This document shows positions 24,101 to 37,309 of a DNA stretch of 55,275 bases, one piece after another. Source of the stretch: Dimorphilus gyrociliatus. Taxonomy: Eukaryota; Animalia; Annelida. Within the stretch, counting starts at the first letter, position 1, and every line of letters begins with the position of its first letter. The stretch is from NCBI GenBank assembly GCA_904063045.1, contig CAJFCJ010000120.1, positions 35,771 through 91,045 of the forward strand, written 5' to 3'. Position numbers and translations under genes: made by a program. The notes below the pieces were generated by a model. The model saw only the letters and a list, made by a program, of their open reading frames with translations, ran no database searches and was not told the origin of the DNA.

Positions 24101-27100
24101 CTCACCAGAGAAACAGTCTCTGTATCCATCGCATTTGTTAATTAAATGTATACATAAATCGTCAATAGTACAATGGAAGAAATTGTTTGGGCAGACAAAA
24201 TCTTTTGAATTATCCAAAGCAATTGACAATGAATTTTTATAACTATCTATTATTTTTATAATAAAATATATAATAAATTAATTCTAATTGGATATAATTA
24301 AGGGTTTTGTTGACAAATATTATCCACAATTTTTCAACTTTTACACCAAAATCCAAAGCTAAAATTACCATAGAAAATGGCAATTTGTCAACAAATACCA
24401 TTAATAAATTAATTTTTACATTGGGCTTTACAAAAGTTTGTTGTAATTAATTTCTTTTCACAATTAAATGAAAGCATCTTATATTCTAATCCTAGATTAT
24501 TGCTAAATGTTTCCAAATAGAAACATTTGGAATCGGATTTCATGTGGAAAAATTCCTCAAATGGACGATTTGAATATATCTTTAAACAATTTTTACCATA
24601 TCTTAAATAAACAATTATTCATTATCAGTTTTTTTTTTCATTCTTTTTCTGTCTTTCTTACTGTAATTGGAATTTAAATGAAAAACCAAAAAATTCATAT
24701 AGTTTGCCATCATCAAAAACGAATTGTTTGTCTCCTTTAGCATCTTTTAAAATTTTCAATTCTGTGCAAATATAATGAGTATAGGCTTAATATATTCATA
24801 AGGAAAAAAGTTCTAAGTACTTCCAGGTACATATTTTTTATTTTGAAATCTGTTATATCTTACTCCTTCTGTTAAATGTCCAAGAAATTTGAAATCTTGA
24901 TAAGAAAGATAAGGAGATGTATAGTTTCTTTTATGGCAATCTGCTACAGCTCTATTAATTGAAATGGAGCTTTTATATTCAATTAGAACATAACATCCTC
25001 CATTGAATGAAAAAGCTTTTGGATCAATACATAAAATTTCTGCAAAATATATATAAGATACTTTCATTTTTAATCTAATCTTGGACCAGTTTTTTTTTAA
25101 CTTTTGGTCCAAAAATGAAAAGTAATCTTTTACCATCTCTATTATTACATTCCAGCTTATAAGGTTGTGTAAGACTGAGTATAGCAAATCTGTAGAGAAA
25201 AATTGATGACATTGCGCAATAATTGGCCAAAGGATGTAAAATTTTAGAATTGTATATATTTAGAGAATTTTTTTAATGTAATGTTCTGTGTCTGTTATAA
25301 AACCACCAATAACTACTGTTGGAGCATAGCCCCATCTAGTGGTAATAATATTATTCCCTTAAGGAATTATTGACAACACCATATTTAAAAATATTTTTGA
25401 AAAATAGACAAACTTTTCAGTAAATTCTTCAAGAGAAATGTTACACTGCAATATATTTTGTGAATTTGGGCATGTCAAAGCAAATCCGATTTCTTTATTC
25501 ACAACAACAAGCTTACTGGTTTCATCTATTATTTTACCATTTTTAAAACCAAATGATTTGCATAAGGAAAATGTTGCAGAAGTTTGAAGAAATCTTAACT
25601 TTGGACTATACCAAGTGTAGTTATAATACATAATTAAAACTCCTTTAAAGCTATGATTATAACTATGATTATTTCTTGATGATAAATAATTAGATTCATT
25701 ATTGAATAACAAAAATGTATAATCTAAAAATAGACAATAGAAATAATTGAAAATTAATTTGAATGGATAAATTGTTTCTTTTCTTTTTTAAACCATTAAT
25801 ATCATGTTCTTCATTACAATGTGCAGCGAGAGTAAACCCTCTGTGAAATTCTTCTTTCAGCTTACAACCACTAAACATATCTGAATCATTCCACTGACAA
25901 TTGTGTAGTACAGGAATGTTAAAAATTTGCAAATAATAATTCAATGGTGGACAAGGATCAGTATAGAAAGAAGTTTTTGCATATGATTTTAAAATATGTG
26001 ATAGGGGAAGATAAACTTTTCTACCAATATTACATACAACTTGACCAATGTTAGATCTTGAAACTGAACCTTCAATAATTATAGGTAGATAACCAAATGT
26101 TTTAGATAAAAACATATAAGATATTGCATAATTCAATTTTTTCCTAAATATAAATATTTGATGAAATTCCGACATTAATTTTACAGAAATGTCTGTTCAT
26201 AGTAAAAGTCATTGGCTTTAGGCAGACCTTATTTAAAAAAAAACCTTTCAAATCATTCTTTGTACAATTAATTGTTTGGAGAAAGTGTAAATTATTCACT
26301 TTTCTTAAATTTAATTTTATTGTTTTATTGGTAAAATCAATTGAAAATACATTCTCTTCATATTTTAATAGAGTTTTTGTATTACTTTTGTAAAATTCTA
26401 TCTTTTCACATAGATCAGTAGTAGTAGTATTTTTGAATTGAATCAATTTAAATGATTTTCTATTGTATCTAACAAAAAGTTGATAAAGTTGTATTTGAGA
26501 AGAGAACATTGCAAATATATCTAATTTTTAATCAATTTTTCTCATTTTTTTTATTAGTTTAGTGAATATTTTAAATATATTACATGGAAATTTTACTTTA
26601 AAACATTTCAAGCAGAATGAAGCTATATAACTTTCTAATTTATTTAACTTTTTTCTGTAAAAAGTTGTTTTTTTCTTTTCATATTAAAATATTTTTGTTA
26701 TTTATTTATCATACAAAACATGATTATCATTTTCAAAAACTACTATTAATGATAAATTATCTAATATAAGAGAGAGAGAGAGAGAGAGACAAAGAATTAA
26801 TTAATTTATAAGTTAAATTTTTTACACAAGTACCAGTTTCTGGATTACAGGCTTCCGCTATGAAATGTATATTATCATAGCCTAAAAGTTGGCAAAGTTC
26901 CAAATAAAATTCTTTTCTTACAAGAGAACCAAAAGCGACATATTGTCTTTCTTGTGTTGAATTTATTATAACAAATATTTTCCCATAAGTTGATACATTA
27001 TTTTCAATTAATGGTTGCAGGGAATATTTTACATTGCTTTGATTCAAGTTGTATGACACTATATCGCCATTGAAATTGCACCCAAATGTATAGATATAAT

Positions 27101-27143
27101 ATATTAATGCAGTGAATATTCCAAATCTATACAAACTTCTCAT
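21189..27143 (-). CDS. GRL101-like leucine-rich-repeat GPCR (signal peptide, SRCR-like/C-type-lectin-like modules, 6 LDLa, LRR, 7TM)
   Basis: ATG at 27143 opens the signal peptide MRSLYRFGIFTALIYYIYTFG. LDLa exons span 23275-24229. The LRR, hinge (FSFCCF...SCADLL) and TM1-4 lie in one exon 21993-23275 with ITIERY. Intron 21765-21992 leads to NYYSSSPVCF, TM5, NVCCWFPI and LNSVVNPLLY, stop at 21189. Splicing was checked in frame from ~24229 to the stop; exon boundaries at 24300-26800 are not resolved. Confidence 0.88.
26768..26789. repeat. (AG)n microsatellite; others at ~1825-1860, 16141-16170, 27366-27384 and (AAAC)n at 45096-45122
   Basis: Direct reading. Confidence 0.9.
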
Positions 27144-27526
27144 AGTCTGTTTATCCTCATAAATGACAGGTTTGGAGTTAAATACAGGTGTGTGTCTGTT
27201 TATATTCAATTTTAATGATGATAACTATATTAAATTACCTGGTGTGAAACATTAAAGTAACTTGGTAAGATTATACCTAATTTAGTGAACAAAAATGGTA
27301 GTATTGCAGTACTAAAACAGTACTATTTTCTTCAATTACGCTAACAGGAGGAGAAAATCTTCATTTTCTCTCTCTTTCTCTCTCTGTATTGACATTATAA
27401 AAGATATAATATACATATATGTTAAATAAATCTATATTTTATTTGATAGAAGCAAACTACAGTTAAATTTGTTAGCTTCTTCAATTGTGCTCAGAATTCT
27501 AATATTGAAAAATAGTTGATTATTAC

Positions 27527-28200
27527 TGTACGTTGTTGTATTGTAATTGTAGGAATCTCGAGCTTATCAAATTCGAATTCATCCTCACCAATCATTTACC
27601 AATGTACGAAAGTACTGGTCCAAATAGAACCTTTCAAGTTCATCCCACAGGTAGTCTCAACGAACTCAATTCTGGCAAAAATTAATCAATGAACTGCCAG
27701 TATTTCATGCAAAGAGTATGTATTGAGTATAATGAGTTTTAGTTTAAACAACTAGCTAACAGTTAAAACTGAACTGACGAACTGAGGAAATGCATTTCCT
27801 TTTATACATTTACCAAAGCTTGGGTTCAATTGTTCAAAGGAACACAAAGTTGAAATGTAACAATCTTACAATGAATGTACAACAAAGGTATGAAAAACAG
27901 TTATATCATAAGGTTATGCATGTGGTACTTCGAAAACAAGCCTTAGTTTTCAGCATCTGTTATTGAATAAGATGTAACAATTTTGACATGCATTTTTTCC
28001 TGTTCTTTGTTCCATTGTTTATAGCATTGTGGCAACATCTGTTTTGTTCAGAGAATTATACTTTGTGCGAACTAAAAGCCTTTCTAGAATTCAAAGCATC
28101 TAATTCCACTAAATAAGGTCTTTCTTAGGTTTGGGTTATTAATTCCATCAAAAGTGGTTTTTTCTAATATTTCACTATTCTAATTCCTTTAAAATAAGAT
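27527..28200 (-). repeat. ~700-bp repeat, near full length
   Basis: Starts tgtacgttgttgtattgtaattgtaggaat and stays colinear with 43423-44100. Confidence 0.8.
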
Positions 28201-28319
28201 CTATCTAAAGTCTTTATATTATAATTCTTTATATTATAATTCCAAAGTGCACGGGCCTTAATCTTAGAATTATATTTTATATGTGTGATATAACAAGTCT
28301 TTTATATTTTTGTTACATA

Positions 28320-28548
28320 AGAATTATGAGACTGTCAGATTTCAACTTTGTAATCCTTTGACCACTTGAACCCAAGCTTTCAAAATGTATAAAAGGAAAT
28401 GCATTTCCCCAGCTTGTCACCATTAACTAGTTGTTTAAACTTACTTGTTTAGAACTAGAAACTCATTTACTCAATACATATTCTTTGGACGAAATACTGG
28501 TGTTTTGTTGAATTATTTTTACCAAAATTACATTTGTTAAGACTATTT
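28320..28548 (+). repeat. ~700-bp repeat, internal piece fused to gag
   Basis: Reverse complement of ~27645-27870; it jumps directly into the gag reading frame at ~28549. Confidence 0.8.
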
Positions 28549-29650
28549 GTGGATGAGACCCTATTCTGGTAGCAAAGATACTTGGGCCTTTAAGAGGAAC
28601 TTTCAAACAGCTTGCGAATTGAGCCTTTGGGACACAGAGGAAAAAAGAATTCAAATGCTAAGAAAATACACTACTGGAAGAGCCAGAGATGTTATTGAAA
28701 GCTTACCCTCCATGGCAAATGAAAATGAAATTTGGGATGCATTGGATGAAAAATTTAATCCAGATCCTATGGCTTTTAAAAAAGATATTGATGGATTAAG
28801 ACAGTTTAATGATGAAACTGTTGATAGTTTTATTAGAAGTAAAGAACTTGTGGAAAAATTCTTGCCATTCAATAATACAGAAATGGCTTGTGTTACAGAA
28901 AGGTTAGAGAGCTTCAACTGTTAACTGTATTCAGGAATGGTCTTAATGGAAAAATTGTTAATCATGTAGAAAAAGATGGAAAGATCAGCTCAATGGATCA
29001 GTATATTAAACTGGCAAAAAGAACAGAGGTATTTTTAAACAATGCAAGGAAAGAAGATGAAAAGGAATTCAAATAATTCAAATGATTTCACAACAATCCA
29101 ATTAATTTAAACATAAATTTTATCCAAAATAGATTTCAACCACATCAAGGAATGGGAAACATAGGTATGGAAAAAGGCACCTTTAACAAACTAATACTTA
29201 CTGAACCTGAGGAACCCATTGAAAGAGAAATTTCTAAAGGAACAATGACAATTTTTAACCTCAAAGAGGACAAAATTGCACATTTCAAGTGCACCTCTCA
29301 AGTGAAAGGGAGTGAAGATTTTCAATTTTGAATGAAGAGCCACAATGGAAGAGAAGTCATTGTATTATGTGATACAGGAACCCTTATGTCGTTTATTACA
29401 GAAAAAGAAATCAAGCTAATGGACCATAAATTCATCAAGATAGAAATCACTTACTTACCAATCATCACTTCAGCAGATGGAAAAGCTTTAAAGACTAAAG
29501 GAAAAGCAAGATTGAACATTGAGTTTGCTGGAAGAATTATGAAACAAGAATTTTTCATTATGGAAAAATTGGATATTGCTATAATACTTGGTTGTGACTG
29601 CCTGCAAAATTCTGGAGCCACTATTAATTTTGCAACAAAACAAGTTTTCC
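28549..29650 (+). mobile_element. Ty3/gypsy-like gag and aspartic protease remnant (no RT)
   Basis: RPYSGSKDTWAFKRNFQTACELSLWDTEEKRIQMLRKYTTGRARDVIESLP...WDALDEKF (gag-like) and VIVLCDTGTLMSFIT...ITSADGKALKTKG...IILGCDCLQ (retropepsin DTG). Frameshifts lie between the ORFs. Confidence 0.8.
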
Positions 29651-30019
29651 TTCCATTCTTTATTAGAAGATGGGAACCAGTTAAGAAGTTTATGCAACAC
29701 GCCCAAAGTCAACAAACAAAACATGGAAAACAAGCAATTATGGAGAAAATAACTGTTGGAATGTTGGAAAAACATTTTCAAAATTACCAAAACTCAACTG
29801 AAGATGTTGGCAATAAAACCTATTCAGATAATGATTAAGGAATCACTATAAATTCATCTGAAGAAGAGACTGAAACTATATTAGAAGAATTAGATAAAGA
29901 AATGGAAATGGAAACTCAATGGACAAGACTGTTGTGATATTTGCAAAGATATAAAAACAAGAACATGTCAGATTCAGTTAGTTAAATTGTCCAAAAATGA
30001 TGAAATACTTAGTAGCATT

Positions 30020-30600
30020 CCTGAAAACCATTAGAAGTTGAAGCTCTCTAACTCTTACAGCAACACAGGCCATTTCTGTAGTTTTGAATGGTAGGAATTA
30101 ATCTACAAGTTCTTTACTTCTTTTAACAAAACTCTTAACAGTTTCATCATCAAACTGTTTCAATCTGTCAATATCTTTTTTAAAAGCCATAGGATCTGGA
30201 TTGAATTCTTTGTCCAATGAATCCCAAATTTCATTTTCAGTTGCCATGGAAGGTAAGCTTTCAACAACATCTGACTCTTCAGGTAGTGTATTTTCTCAGC
30301 ATTAAAATTCTTTTCTCCTCTGTATCCCAAAGGTTTAACTTACAAGCTGTTTGAAAGTTCTTCTTAAAGGCCCCAGTATCTTTGCTACCTGAAAAAGGTC
30401 TCAGAAAAGTAGTGATAGGTTTCTCATTAGCAGCAATTAAAAGACTTGTAATTGTCTTTTCAAAAACACTTTCTTGAATCCTAGAGTTACTGAATTTTGG
30501 TTGAGTAGGTTCAGGTTTAACCACACCTTCAGAAAGGGGGCTGTTGAAAACACCTATTTTGCAGTTATTTTTGGGGTGAGATTTTGGGTTGGGAAAGGGA
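30020..30600 (-). mobile_element. Second gag remnant, inverted relative to 28549-28950
   Basis: RPFSGSKDTGAFKKNFQTACKLNLWDTEEKRILMLRKYTT, with DNA similarity continuing to EMACVAVRVRELQLL. Confidence 0.8.
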
Positions 30601-30604
30601 AAGA

Positions 30605-31130
30605 ACAGTATTCATCCTTTCCAATCATTTATCAACTTACCAAAGTACTAGTTCAAATAGAACCTTTCAAGTTTGTCCACAAGGAGTCTTAACAAATGTA
30701 ATTTTGGTAGAAATCAACAAAATGCCAGTATGTCATTTAAAGAATATGTATTGAGTAAATGAGTGTCTAGTTCTAAACAAGTAAGTTTAAATAGCCAGTT
30801 AATGGTCAAAGAACTGAACCGACCAGCTGGGGAAATGCATTTCCTTTTATACATTTGCCAAAGCTTGGGTTCACTTGGTCAAAGGATTACAAGGTTGAAA
30901 TGTAACAGTCTCACAATGCACATATAACAAAATATGAAAAGCTATTGCAACACTTATGCCTATCATATGACACTGCAAAAACAAGCTTGCCTCTCCATCT
31001 GTTTATGAATAAGATGTAACAAGTTTGACATGCATTTATATTGTTTGTTCCTTTGTTAATTCCATGGTGTCACCATCTGTTATGGTCAAAGAATCTATTT
31101 CCTATGAAATAAACATCTTTTTAAAGTTCT
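30605..31130 (-). repeat. ~700-bp repeat copy lacking its GTACA end, fused to the minus gag
   Basis: gaacagtattcatcctttccaatcatttatcaac... is colinear with 43457-43990. Confidence 0.8.
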
Positions 31131-31551
31131 AGACTATAATTCCAGTAAATAACAGTCTCTCTGAAAAGCTGTTATCAGAGAGAAAGATATGCCAAACTCA
31201 GAAACATAAATATAAGGAATTGCAAGATAAAATTTGTTTAGTTTGGAAAGAATTTGCAAAAAGTAATAAAACAGCTGATGATGTTTTAACAGAAGTTTGC
31301 AATGTGTATTATCCATAACTTTTAAAATACAAGTTCTGATGAGTATGAAATGAATTATCAGAGTTTGTATTTCCATTCTTTTAACTTGAGTGTTGTGTCA
31401 AGGAAGTATATATGATATTTTTTCATTATAATAATTATCTACTTTGGCAGTAAAACAATATCAAAAGATGGTTTTCATTGAACAACACAATATTATCAAG
31501 TTGACCCAATAAACTTTCCTAATCACCTACTTTCAAGGAAATTATAATCAT

Positions 31552-31625
31552 GGGGGTCAACTGTCCTGATGGGGATCAACTGTCTGGGGGTCAACTGTCC
31601 GGAGAGGGTCAACTGTCCTTTACCC
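31552..31625. repeat. Orphan array of four gggg(g/a)tcaactgtcc-type units ending tttaccc; likely a solo TIR of another Mutator-like family
   Basis: Units at 31552, 31571, 31586 and 31604. Organisation resembles the TIR arrays at 8434 and 11142; no inverted partner was found. Confidence 0.55.
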
Positions 31626-32060
31626 AATATATTTAATATATTTAGATATTAATGAATGCTAGAACGATAAAACTGTAGAATGACTTGTAATTCATAGGAT
31701 ATAGAATCTTTCACTATACTAGATACAAGCACAATGCTATTGGCAAATAAACAATATTGAAAGATGCATGTCAAATGTATTACATTTTGCATAATAATAG
31801 AAATTGATATTGAGGTAAGGGTTAGTGAAAAAAAAGGAAAACAGAGTTTGTTTGGCCTTTGATATTTCTTGATTTCATTCATTCATTCAATATACAAAGT
31901 CTGAAGAGAAGGACCTTAGGTAGCCTTAGGTTGGTGTGTTTGCCAAATACCCTTTGAAGTATTATAGATTGTATTATTAAACAATATTGGCAATTTTACG
32001 CATTACAAATCAAATTTAACTTCCTTAATGGAGTTTTTCTTGATTTTTGAGAAAATACTT

Positions 32061-32234
32061 TGTACTTTGTTGTATCATGATCATAGAAATTTTGTTCTCA
32101 TCCCAAATGTATTTGTCCATTCCGCTCATTTAATATTATGCCAAAGTACTTGTCCAAATAGAACCTCAAGTTCGTCCACAAGTATCAACAAATGAATGAT
32201 ATTCATCCAAAGTTTTATATCAAACTTTCAACAA
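32061..32234 (-). repeat. ~700-bp repeat, terminal fragment abutting the gap
   Basis: tgtactttgttgtatc...gccaaagtacttgtccaaatagaacctcaagttcgtccacaagta. Confidence 0.7.
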
Positions 32235-32891
32235 NNNNNNNNNNNNNNNNNNNNNNNNNNNNNNNNNNNNNNNNNNNNNNNNNNNNNNNNNNNNNNNNNN
32301 NNNNNNNNNNNNNNNNNNNNNNNNNNNNNNNNNNNNNNNNNNNNNNNNNNNNNNNNNNNNNNNNNNNNNNNNNNNNNNNNNNNNNNNNNNNNNNNNNNNN
32401 NNNNNNNNNNNNNNNNNNNNNNNNNNNNNNNNNNNNNNNNNNNNNNNNNNNNNNNNNNNNNNNNNNNNNNNNNNNNNNNNNNNNNNNNNNNNNNNNNNNN
32501 NNNNNNNNNNNNNNNNNNNNNNNNNNNNNNNNNNNNNNNNNNNNNNNNNNNNNNNNNNNNNNNNNNNNNNNNNNNNNNNNNNNNNNNNNNNNNNNNNNNN
32601 NNNNNNNNNNNNNNNNNNNNNNNNNNNNNNNNNNNNNNNNNNNNNNNNNNNNNNNNNNNNNNNNNNNNNNNNNNNNNNNNNNNNNNNNNNNNNNNNNNNN
32701 NNNNNNNNNNNNNNNNNNNNNNNNNNNNNNNNNNNNNNNNNNNNNNNNNNNNNNNNNNNNNNNNNNNNNNNNNNNNNNNNNNNNNNNNNNNNNNNNNNNN
32801 NNNNNNNNNNNNNNNNNNNNNNNNNNNNNNNNNNNNNNNNNNNNNNNNNNNNNNNNNNNNNNNNNNNNNNNNNNNNNNNNNNNNNNNNNNN
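32235..32891. other. Assembly gap (657 N)
   Basis: Run of n. Confidence 1.
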
Positions 32892-35339
32892 TTGTACAAC
32901 TTTGGTTATATTTTACATGCTTGAACTCTATTATTTTATGCAACATATACATGTACATCTTAAAACCTACGCAAGAAAATGCTATAACATTGGCCAAACA
33001 TAAGTCTGATTAGTCAGCTTGAAGGCTCATCTTTAATTACCAATAAAGGTTTGGCCAAGTTATAATTTAATTAACTTGCCTAGGGTGTGGCCAAGTTATA
33101 ATTCAATTAACCTTCCTAAATGTTGAACCTTGTAACATCCTGTTACTAAAGATAAATATGAACTACACATTTCGGCAACTGTAAAGTGATGATTGGATGT
33201 CAGAGACAAACCTCAAAGTATATAAATCCTCATTATTCTCATTTGGCATGCAGCTTCCATCTGGACCCAAGGACCTGGGAAAATCATCTGGAAACAACCT
33301 CCACTGGAACCATCCATCTACTCCTCAACATTGGAAGACAGTTTGGTAATTTGGCAACCTGCTATTACAAACTATCTACTCTGCTATCGAACTCTCATAT
33401 TGTTACTTGCTTAAGTATTATTATTGCGAATAAACCATTTTAATTTAAACATTTGTTTAAAGGTTCGAGTAGAACCAGTATTGTTATAACTTGCAAACGC
33501 ATAGATTTTGCCAGCAAGAGCAGTACATTATACAAAATTTAATATGATAAATTATTATTATTTTATTCCAATAAGTTGCATAAAGAAAATGTTTACTTAT
33601 ATTGTTTGTGAAAATAAAATTGGTGTGTTGATAATTTCTATATTAGGAATATAGAAGATGAATGATATAGAAAAATGTCATATTGTCTTAACTATAATAA
33701 TTAAATATGATAATGTAGGAAGAGTTTGGCCACATTGACAAACCTAGGCGATACACTCATCAACTACATTTCTAAGGCAAAAGAAATTTGGTCAATATCA
33801 TTGTCAACTACACATATATACCAAAATCCAACAACACACTTGAGGTGTTGATCACAACACAACATAGTACAGTAGTTTCTGTTTATGTCTCGATAAGGGG
33901 TCAAGTAAGCTGGATGATTGCTCAGAGCAGTATTGAGCAGTACCTGACAGACTTGCATAAGAGCACCAATAGGTAAACTGATAAATCATTGTGTATTAAA
34001 ATAGAATGAGGAAAAAAAAATTTAATATCAATTAAAAATAAAAGCTCTTTTATCAAACATTTTTTTTTATATATGGATATTATTGTCGCACTGACTGTAT
34101 ACCAAACTAACAATGGGTACAGCTTGAAAACAAGCAGGCAGATCAAACTGATAGAGCCTAAAAAATTATCTTGAACATACCTTAGATGCCAAAGTAATAG
34201 TAATCACAGGATAAAATTAACCTGGTAGTCTCTAAAATGACAGATATACTTTGAATGTTTTTTATTACAATATCAATACTATAGTAACTTTAACTATCAA
34301 TGTCAAATGTTTTTATTCTCACCCAAAAAAGTGTCATTATAATATTTCATTATAAGAATTTCTAAATATGACTATGGCACTACTTTGAAGTATACAAGTG
34401 ACAAGTTAAACTTGAAAAATATTGTCAAACAAAACAGTAGTTTTTTTTCATTAGAATATTCATTCTGTATTTTTAATTATCAAAAAAATTAAAATAAAAA
34501 TATTCTATTTATTTTTTTATGAAATTTTCTTCATTTTTCCAAAATCCTTTGCAGAGTGAAGATACTCATGCATTATCATTCCTAATAATTTTAAAAATAT
34601 AATTAGTTTAATGATAATCAATTATTAAAAAAAAAGAAAAAAGTAATACAACTTTATCATCGTATTTATCTTTCAGAATGTTTTTTCCAGCAAAAAATGC
34701 ATAAGCCATGAAAACGGCAAAAAAAAGAAAGAAGTAAATAATAAGTAGAAGATTTTTCATGCTAAAAAACTCTTCGTCTAAACTTTGTATGAGCAAAAAC
34801 TGTGTATATATATGTATTAAAAGTGTGTCTGTATTAGTGCCTCTAGGTCATACAATCTTAACAAAGACATTGTGTTTATTCAAAAGAATCAACAATAGGC
34901 ATTTCTTTAAAACTGGGTCATGTTTGATAATATATGGAACAACACTAGCACAGGTGAAAATACCATTTAGTTGTTCAAGAATATTTTTTGCTTATTTCTC
35001 AATTGTATACACAAATACAATAAAAAAAAGCTAAATACTTCTCTGAGCAATCATCTAGACTACTGGACCCCTTACTTTGTATTGATGAAAATTTGAAAAT
35101 TTGAAATTGTGAACTGTTAAACTCTTAGGAAAGTATGTAAACCCTATGAATTTAACAGTTTTTAGCTTAGTTTTCTGTCTGCTTGCTTAGAGATAAAAGC
35201 ACAGAATATTAAATACATATCTATTTTGGAAAATACTGGCATTCTGTTGAATGTTTGATATAAAACTTTGGATATACTATGAGATGAACAATGCTTTGCT
35301 TAGAGCTATTTAAGCAAACTTAGCCAACAAACTACACCT

Positions 35340-35680
35340 CCTCTATGCTATGATAGGGATCAAAAGCATCCTAAAGAGATGTAAATTTTGTGTTGTAAAG
35401 AATCACAAAGGGACGATTCTGAAAATGGTGAATCTTCCCGAGTCTTGTACTGGAGATTTCGACAGCCCTGTCGAGAACTGTTTGATAGATTTTACCAAAC
35501 CTATCTGCAGAACTAGGAAAGGAGACAAAGCGTGCATACTAGGTATTTCCTAATTTTGTATTACAAATTATTCCAACATCTTCACTCTCAACTAAAGCTT
35601 TAAAGACTAAATTTGAAATATTTATGGACAGGTTGAACTACAGTAATACTTCAGGCTCGGACCTGCTACTGCAGGTAGCA
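35340..35680 (+). mobile_element. BEL/Pao-like integrase remnant (mirrored at ~39557-39897, minus)
   Basis: IKSILKRCKFC...MVNLPESC...SPVENCLIDFTKPI...LSTKALKTKFEIFMDR resembles the BEL/Pao integrase +KS++..C..C...M..LP..R...PF...G+DF.GP...LST.AF...F. Confidence 0.55.
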
Positions 35681-36699
35681 ATTCCTTAGCCAAACCCTGG
35701 TTACAAGTGTGTGCCCAATTGTGAGATTACCAGCTTCTGCTGATTGTGCTAACCTCTAATGCTTAAGATCTTACCCTGTCAAAATTCATGGTATTGAGCT
35801 TAAAAGCAGCCAGATTGAGCTACAATACAATAAGTATATTTAAGCTATCTACATCTATGACTCATTTATAATAAAATTAACTGGTATAAAACTAATTAGT
35901 GAAATATGAGGAAAGGTACAAGTTAATTTTTCTTAAAAAATTTCCAATTTTAAGTAAATCATTCTGTTGATTTTGTTTAGTTGTTTTCTCAAAACATTCA
36001 TAAATAATAAAGTATTTCATATTTTCAAACTTTTGAAAAAATATAAACAATTTTAAAAAAAATGAATCTACATATATACTGATCTGTCCTACTTTTAGAT
36101 ATAAACAATCATAAAATTCAGGGCATACTGGAGATAGCTGACTGCTATGAGCATTTGAAATTGCATTACACAAACATTTTGAACACTTGACATATTCATA
36201 ATTTTTTAAATAACAGACTTTCACAATCACACAACTTTTGCAATAATCTTTCAGGTTCCAAATTATTAAAGAAATTCTTATGACTTTTGTTAAAGATTGA
36301 CTGGAATACACTAGCTGTCTGAAGATGTCTGTCTGCTTAAAGGGATTTGAGAGGAAACGGTGTTGAGAAAAACTGGAAAATTGTATATGTAGATTGTAAA
36401 GAAATGTGTAAAAATGACACAAATTCAAGGTGTAAAAGATTGACAGAAACAATTCTCTTTAAACACAAAGATGTTTTATATTTCACATTGCCAGAAACAT
36501 GATTGGAATAGCACTGCCTGGGAAGATAACAATTGACATTGAAGTTGGTTGGTGGAGAGCCATATCCAAAATTTATCCACAATCAAAATTCATCAATGTC
36601 TATTTCATTTCACTCAAATAATTTGACTTTAGATCTAAAGGTACATTAGAAAGACTTTTATTTCTTAGAGTTCGCTACTGTCTTCCAATGTTGAGGAGT

Positions 36700-36957
36700 A
36701 TGAATGTGCACAAAAATAGATCCCTAGAAGAGATCTTTTTAATAAATTTAAGGAAATATTATAGTAAATTAACAATATGTTTTAACATATCAATCAGAAC
36801 AAATAGATTGAATGGTTGGCTTTATTCATTTTGTGTAATGCATTTTTTGACAACTGTTAAAGCTGTGCCTAAAAGATCTTTTATTCTTTTAATTCCTGTG
36901 TATAGAATTTTAAATTCTGTGCTCAAAAGATTTTTCAGTTTTTCAAGTGACATTTGA
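36700..36957 (+). pseudogene. LGR TM5/TM7 remnant (mirrored at 38280-38537, minus)
   Basis: FNISIRTNRLNGWLYSFCVMHFL aligns to LQISSEKLHGWLFSFFLFGIL of the intact LGR. Confidence 0.55.
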
Positions 36958-37309
36958 AATGTTTTAGAAAACCTACTCTCTTTGGCCTTATATCATTGAT
37001 ATTTGGCCAACATAAAGAGCTATTAAAAACAATTTTTTCTAGATTATTTCTCAAAATTTTGTGTGTACTAAAACTAAAAGGAAATCTTTGCATTTTTTAT
37101 CAATCTTATGCCTTGTTTTAAGTCTAGAGAGATTTCAATGTCGAGTTGTTATTATTGAATTAGATCTGAATCTTAAATACATTGAACTTAGAAATTTGGA
37201 CTCTCTGCTCCTTTTAGCTTTGATGGGCAAAGTGTAAGACTTTGCTTCCTATTCGCCTGGGCCAAGACACAAATCAACAGTTTTCCTGACTGGATCAATT
37301 GCTGGAAAT

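Larger units (their letters stand above)
32892..37005 (+). repeat. Left arm of a 4.1-kb inverted repeat
   Basis: ORFs mirror with coordinate sums of 75238 (outer) and 75237 (inner), e.g. 33186-33443/41795-42052 and 36688-36957/38280-38549. The only difference I noticed is an A9/T10 homopolymer near 34627/40611. Confidence 0.97.

Noticed and set aside
31134-32050. Hydrophobic minus ORFs as another 7TM remnant
   Set aside because: Only vague TM- or LRR-like words; no alignable LGR motif.
32192-33013. Long ORFs across N runs (also 5182-5460 and 15231-15696)
   Set aside because: Artefacts of translating assembly gaps.
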